Assembly (NCBI GenBank): GCA_002269645.1
Contig: NIVC01001069.1
Span: 302,095 to 366,094 of the forward strand
Length of the DNA stretch: 64,000 bases
Source of the DNA: Macrostomum lignano
Taxonomy: Eukaryota
Reading direction: 5' to 3'
This document shows positions 57,603 to 64,000 of this stretch, in pieces. Every line of letters begins with the position of its first letter. Position 1 is the stretch's first letter. A program made the translations under genes and the position numbers. The notes beneath the pieces were generated by a model. It saw only the letters and a list, made by a program, of their open reading frames with translations, made no database searches and was not told where the DNA came from.

Positions 57603-59376
57603 ATGGCTAGACTAGACTCAATGCTGCTGCCTCTGCTGCTAGCGGCAGTCGATCGTTGATCTGCCACGCTGCTCCTGCCGAGGACCAGGTGATGATTCTG
57701 CCCGGACTGAAGCAGCAGCCCGCCTTCAAGCACTACTCTGGCTACCTCAAGGCAGGCGGAGACCGGCACCTGCACTATTGGCTGGTTGAGAGCTCGAAAG
57801 CCGACCGACAAAGGCGCCGCTAGTTTTGTGGTTCAACGGCGGGCCGGCTGCTCTTCCTTGGAGGGCCTGCTGCGCGAGAACGGGCCTTTTCGCGTCAACG
57901 ACATGGCCTGGCTGGAGATGAACCCTTACGCTTGGAATCGAGACGCAAACGTCCTGTACATCGAGGCTCCGGCTGGAGTGGGCTTCAGCTACTCGAGAGC
58001 AACGTCACGAAGACCAACGATACTCAAGTGGCCGAAGACAACTATCTGGCTCTGAAGAGCTTCTTGGAGAAGTTCCCGAGTACAAGGGCAGAGAGATGCA
58101 CATCTCCGGCGAGAGCTACGGTGGCGTCTACGTGCCTACTCTGGCCGCCAGGTGAGTAGGAACTTGAATTCGAAACCTATTCGACGATCTGTTGGACAAA
58201 CTTTAGCGCAAGATGGCCGGGGGTTTTCGTGCCATTCGCAGCTGTTAGGACCGACTCCCAACGTATAAAGAGTGTTTATTCCGGGCCGCTGTACACTCTT
58301 TGTGAGCGTGTGCATCCGCGCGTTTGTATCGTACGCGTTGCTGCAGGGTGCCTACAACCCTCATGCGAATGTTAATTTTTATATAACTCATATCGCAAAC
58401 ACAGGGTCTTGACTGACAAGAGCATCAATCTTCGCGGCATCCTGATTGGCAACAGTATCGACTCTTGGCCGCTTAACTCTCTGTCGCTAATCTACTTTGG
58501 CTACTACCACGGTCTGATTGGCTATCAGTTCTGGGCCAACCTCACCTCCTCCTGCTGCAACAGCTGCGTTGGCGTCCGGTGCGACTTCTATGCCGGCAAG
58601 TCGAAGCCGGCCTGCGCCGACCTTCTGTCCCGCGCCGAGCGCATCACGGACGGCCTGAACATCTACAATCTCTACCAGCCGTGCTACGGAGGCGTACCTA
58701 AGAGTCGTCAGCAACGCAGCCTCCTAAATAATCTAATGTTTGACCATCTAGAGGACTCAACGATGGATGTCACCTCCTGGACTATGTTGATGTCTCAGGA
58801 TGACACTCAGCGTGATTCATCGCAGCAGCGCCAGACTCAGCAGGAGTCGCCGTCGCCGCAGCAGGTGGCTCGGACCTACTTGCTGAGGCGCTCTCGGCAG
58901 GACCGCTTGGCCTCCATTGGCGAAGACCCGCCCTGCACGAACAGCACCGCCATCACCACCTACCTGAATCTACCTGCCGCTCGCTACGCCCTGCATGTGA
59001 AGGACGTTGGACCCTACACAATCTGCAGCAACCTGGACTATACAGTCGAGTACAACGACATGACTCCTGTGTACCAGAAGCTGCTCAAGTCGGGTCGCCT
59101 GCGAATCACACTCTACAATGGCGACGTTGACATGGCCTGCAACTTCCTGCAGACCGAATGGTTCCTGCAGAATCTCAACCAAACCGTCACAACGCCAAGA
59201 AAGCCGTGGTACTTCGACGACCCGGTCAACGGTCGCCAAATCGGTGGGTTCGTTCGCCAGTGGGCTGGCAACCTCACCTACCTGACGGTGCGCGGCTCCG
59301 GCCACATGGTCCCGAGGACAAGCCGCAGCAGGCCTACGTGCTGTTCAAGAATCACGTGACGGGCTCCGGATATTGA
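57603..59376 (+). CDS. CTSA: Serine carboxypeptidase S10, cathepsin A / lysosomal protective protein-like; 2 exons, six apparent 1-nt deletions
   Basis: join(57603-58151,58405-59376). Motifs: [70 protein letters not shown] (Ser), [25 protein letters not shown] (Asp), [15 protein letters not shown] (His). Continuity requires restoring one base at ~57651, 57806, 57845, 57995, 58078 and 59314. Confidence 0.88.
58283..58325 (+). mobile_element. Fragment of SINE family A 3' body (carboxypeptidase intron)
   Basis: gggccgctgtacactc..tgtgagcgtgtgcatccgcgcgtttg matches the family body. Confidence 0.45.
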
Positions 59377-60399
59377 GAGCCAAATGACAGCCCGGTGATT
59401 AACATTTCGAGTATGCCGGTATAATTACACCCCCTCATTCAATAGCTCAATAATCCATTTATTTATTCAATATCTCTATCTCGCATGATTGAATCCGCTG
59501 CTAGCTCAGAAAGCTAAATGGACTCTCGGATAAAAGTCAATTTTTGAAGCGACTACTCCAGTATCTACTAAAAGCTAGAGTGAGAACATAATTTTACAAT
59601 TCATTTGATTGATTGACATTAGCAATTAATCGCTTTGACTGTCTCTGTCTGAGTGAAATTTTCACGCTTCAGTCTGTTAATCAAATATAAAAGTTAAATC
59701 CTAACTTTTAGGAAGATTCTCTCAGAGTCTCTCAATTTCTATATATAAATGCCATTAGGAAGCGAGGCTATTACAAACGCATGAGGGAGCTAATGGAGAT
59801 GGAGCTGCTTGAGAGGCAGAGCAAGTAGCATCCTATTGCACAGCGATATTTATTTCCGAGTGCCTCACACTCTTCCAGATCGAATCAATATATTTAACAC
59901 CGGCGTCTGTTCTGCATAAACTCTTCAGCCTCGATGTTTATTCAACTTTGCTCGGGCGGTACAAAATGTCAGTTGGTCTCTACTTTGCAATTCAAACATT
60001 ATTTATCAGTTTTTAGCTTTACAAAAACTACTGAAAACATTAACTTAGCAAAAACACACAACTACAGTACAATTTATTTGCCTTCTGACTGACAGCTCTC
60101 AGAGCAGAACTTACCCATAATTTATTGACATGAATGTGTGCTGATCGTGTCCTCAGGTAACCATGGGTTTTTCTGGCATTTTTGTTGAAGCAAATGATTT
60201 GTGACTCTTAAAAATGGTGTACTTCGCAATCTTAACAGCGCCTGGATAGACAATTCAAGCTTGAGTTGTCTTGTTTGGTTCGCAACGTTCTCGAGAGATT
60301 CCACTCTCATTAATCTGATATTTCCAAAACTCGAGGAGTGTTCACAGCCTCCCTTGAAATCAACACCCTCCCAGATAGTTTCACACCCTCCTCCAGTAG

Positions 60400-60740
60400 T
60401 TTCAAAATCTTCCCAATAGTTTTACACTCTCTGATAGTTTCACACCCTCCCTGATAGTTTCACACCCCCCATGATAGTTTCACAACCTCCCTGATAGTTT
60501 CACACCCTCCCTGATGGTTCCCACCCTCCCTGATAGTTTCACAACCTCCCTGATAGTTTCACACCCTGCATGATAGTTTCACACCCTCTCAGATAGTTTC
60601 ACACCCTCCATGATAGCTTCACACCCTCCATGATAGCTTCACACCCTCCATGATAGCTTCACACCCTCCATGATGATTTCACACCCTCCCTGATGGTTTC
60701 ACACCCTCCCTGATAGTTTCACACCCTCCCTGATAGTTAA
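60400..60740. repeat. ~20-bp minisatellite (tgatagtttcacaccctccc)
   Basis: Direct inspection. Confidence 0.88.
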
Positions 60741-62294
60741 TCTGTTTTGGATTTTTCGGCTTTTTTTCCAAAATTTAGACAGTAAATGAATATAACTGTA
60801 AGATAGATTAATGCATTACTTTTTGTGACAAAAAATCAGCCAGTAGATTATAACAAAACCGTCAGATAGGCTGACAAACCCGAGAGCTGCAGTTCCTTCT
60901 CGACACTCCCTAGTCTGCAAGTTACAGCCTATCCCATGATTTCCATCTAGGGGCCTAATTAGTCAGGCTCGACTCGATCAAGCAGGTAAAAATCTGATAA
61001 AAAGGGCAGCTGAGAATTTGCAACATGCCGTGATGTTGATTGGGGAGTCGATGAGGGGCAGCCTTCTAGGACAGGTGCAACCATCTGACCGAATAAAAAG
61101 TCAGAGAGTTTATTTCCTTTGACGAGGGAGCTCGTGTTTACAACATTGATCCCGAGCCGAGGGGGGATGTTTTCGACTTTGAAGTTGATATCTAAGAAAA
61201 GCATATCCAGAAAAATACGCGACTGTTTTAATCTGCTTAGGCATCGAATTGCCTCGCCGCCCCGTGCTAAGCCTGGATTAACGTCTGTTTGGGACGAATT
61301 GAATTTGAAAGCCTAATATCCTGTCCCCGGGATACACAAGACTAGAGATGACATGCTGGTTATCAGTTCCGTCAACACAGAGCGTCATCAAAATCCACTG
61401 AAATCTGGTACTGATTTTCAAACGGTTCGAACTGTTTGTGCTGACAAATATTCAGCTGAGGAGTGCCCTGTGCAGACAGAAAATAAATGAAAATTGCGCC
61501 ATCGATATAATTAAGCATGTGGACTGTTGTGGGCTGCCGCCCTAGCCGATTGACTTGAAGGCATCCGTAGCCGCTTGATTGATTGATGAGCTGCTTACGT
61601 GTAACACCAGGTGACACAGTTCCAGGCTTAGTTTGACTGGATGCAAAAAAACTGTGTATTCTATTGCACTCATGGCAGAAAAATATAGTAGATGTATGCA
61701 GAGAGAGGGCCAGGAGGTCAGACATTGGGGGGAGGGAGGCTGAAAAAGCTGAGGGGTAGCTTATAGATAGCCCACACCTGGTTTATGGGAGTTAGTCTTT
61801 GGCAGGCTAATAATATTATTAGTTGGATGCAGAACTCAGGCACAAAGCATCCACCCCAAAATTGAGTAGCCGCTGGGTCAATATCCACCTAATTGATCTC
61901 GCCAAGGTTAGGAATAGAAACCCATATAGCGTTGGAGACAGGGAATGACTGAGTAAGCAGCTCATAAAGAGTTACATTTCATAATGTTCCAGCGAAATAA
62001 CACAATCTGCTGTTTTTTTGAGCACTGCATGGATTGCTTGGGCTCATCCATTTTGCTCAGAAAGAGGACAGGAGAGTGCAGCAGCTTCCGGACCAGCTCA
62101 GTTCAGGCTCATAGTTAACTATCTTTTGCAAATGGAGAACATTACTTCACTTCCTATTGAGAGTATTTGTTTTGACCAGTCTATCTTTGCTAATAGATGC
62201 ATTCTGTCAATTTGACCTTATTTAGATGGCTGCTTCTAAACAAAACTTTAGGTATTAGTTTAGGGCCTTGCACTGAAGCCCTGTTCTCTAACAT

Positions 62295-62652
62295 ATGCCA
62301 GATTATGCCAGACTATGTCAGACTATGCCAGACTATGGCCAGACTATGGCCAGACTATGCCAGACTATGGCCAGACTATGCCAGATTATGCCAGACTATG
62401 CCAGACTATGGCCAGACTATGCCAGACTATGCCAGACTATGGCCAGACTATGTCAGACTATGCCAGACTATGGCCAGACTATGCCAGATTATGCCAGACT
62501 ATGGCCAGACTATGGCCAGACTATGCCAGATTATGCCAGACTATGCCAGACTATGCCAGACTATGCCAGACTATGCCAGACTATGCCAGACTATGCCAGA
62601 CTAGGCCAGATTATGGCCAGATTATGCCAGACTATGCCAGACTATGCCAGGC
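62295..62652. repeat. 10/11-bp minisatellite (gccagactat)
   Basis: Direct inspection. Confidence 0.93.
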
Positions 62653-63322
62653 TATTCTATATATGAACGAAAAGATTTGCACTACAAAAATACCATGTTC
62701 AAACATTTTGAAATGTAACGCTGCATATTTTTTGCTTTCCAGCAAGTCTTTAAAAAAGTGCTTTGGAAGAATAATTGCCATAAAAGTCCCGAACCGAATG
62801 AGACTTCGTCAATTTGATGTGCTGTTTTGAAAATTTTAGATCCACGACCGAAAACTTCATGATCTTTGTAATTAACTTGTCCAGTTTGACTCCCCCCCCA
62901 GCCATGAACCAATAGCAGCAAGGAGCATTCGTGTAAACTACGAGTTGTTATTCACTAAGCCAGCATCAAATTTCGCGTCGGCAAAACTGTCAAAAACACG
63001 CAGATTCATTTGCTCTTTGATGATGATGAGTATTATTCGAAATTTGCAGTGTTGTCGGACCCGTTGAGCCGTAATAATTATCCTAGACAAGGTGAATGAC
63101 TAATTGAACAGGCATTGGTTTATCCTTCCTGCCTCAGCCATCTCAGTCGCTGGTTGGTCCAGTTTCTCGGCCAGCCAACCAGAGTCCTTGTACACCCGTG
63201 CCTTGCTTCCGAGACTCCCCCCGACGAAGGGGGCAATCGCCCTATACAAAAGAGCAGCCCAGATAAAAAATAACGGAAAAAATCGCCAAAACGGAAATCA
63301 ATCACAACCAGATCAAATCGAC

Positions 63323-64000
63323 ATGATGATGCTCAACGCTACCTCTTCAATTAGATTCCAACAGCAGCTGCAGCCTCCGCCGCCTCAGCCTCCGTCGTGC
63401 GCCATCTGTCGAACGGTTGGCGCCTCCCAGCACTACGGTGTGCTGACCTGCTCCGCCTGCATGAACTTCTTCCGTCGAACCGTAACGAGAACCTCAAGTA
63501 CCACTGCCTGGACGGAGGCTCGTGCATCGTGGCCGGCGCGGAGAACCGCACCAAGTGTCGCCAGTGCCGATGGACTCGCTGCCTGCAAATGGGCATGAAG
63601 CCGGAGTGCATCGGCGGCCCGCAGCAGCACCATCACAGCTTGTCAACGCGCGTCATCCTCCAGTTTGATATCACAGCAGCAGCTGCTGCACATCAGCCAT
63701 CACCACCGGCCTCATCATCAGCGACAGAATCTGCGCAGCGGTTTCGACTTTCAAGAGTTCGCTCCTCCTCCACCGCCGCCGCCGCCGCCGCGCGCCGCCG
63801 CCGCCTCCACCGATGTCGCTCGGGCATGTCACAGGGGTGCAGCCGCAGTCCAAGCAGCCGGAGCGCGACTGCTATCCATCCGAGCAGCTGTGCTCTGATC
63901 CCTACCTGTACCACCTGTCCAGCATTGACATTCGCTCGCTGCGCCCCGCCTCGTCGAATCAGTTCTCCGCCGCGGCGGCCGTCTTCAGCCTCCGAGAGTG
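63323..64000 (+). CDS. Nuclear hormone receptor, N-terminus and DNA-binding domain (partial, runs off the window)
   Basis: Zn finger 1 C-AI-C-x13-C-SA-C-MNFFRR. After restoring one G at ~63487, Zn finger 2 reads C-LDGGS-C-x10-C-RQ-C-RWTRCLQMGM. The downstream Q/H/P-rich frame is not resolved. Confidence 0.85.

Noticed and set aside
60959-61725. Penelope-like RT hints (NYIDGAIFII, LFLDINFKVEN)
   Set aside because: The catalytic DD is absent and the matches are short and in broken frames; needs an HMM search.

Overview
Metazoan genomic DNA with GC-rich exons and introns full of minisatellites. It is possibly a free-living flatworm such as Macrostomum, but that is an unverified impression. Five protein-coding loci can be supported. 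(1) An 11-exon receptor guanylyl cyclase (+, 3684-21822, 1170 aa). (2) A convergent PPIP5K/VIP1 gene (-, 25226-37923) with 11 exons plus a 45-nt cassette-type micro-exon. (3) A single-exon, probably GPI-anchored LRR protein. (4) A two-exon cathepsin A-like serine carboxypeptidase. (5) The 5' part of a nuclear receptor with a non-canonical P-box. The most notable accessory element is a ~2.4 kb Crypton-type tyrosine-recombinase transposon, antisense in guanylyl cyclase intron 2, with an intact R-HxxR-H-Y catalytic set and three hairpin-forming inverted-repeat blocks. Also present: two inverted copies of a tandem-repeat-carrying MITE bracketing exons 7-8, two tRNA-derived SINE families, LINE remnants, a (CCCTAA)n tract at a branch-point position, and about 30 distinct tandem arrays. 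Seven frameshifts in the last two genes are all consistent with CGG/CCG->CG single-base loss, which points to a systematic sequencing artefact. All exon calls were made by hand from GT-AG sites, phase matching and recognised motifs. No database searches were run.
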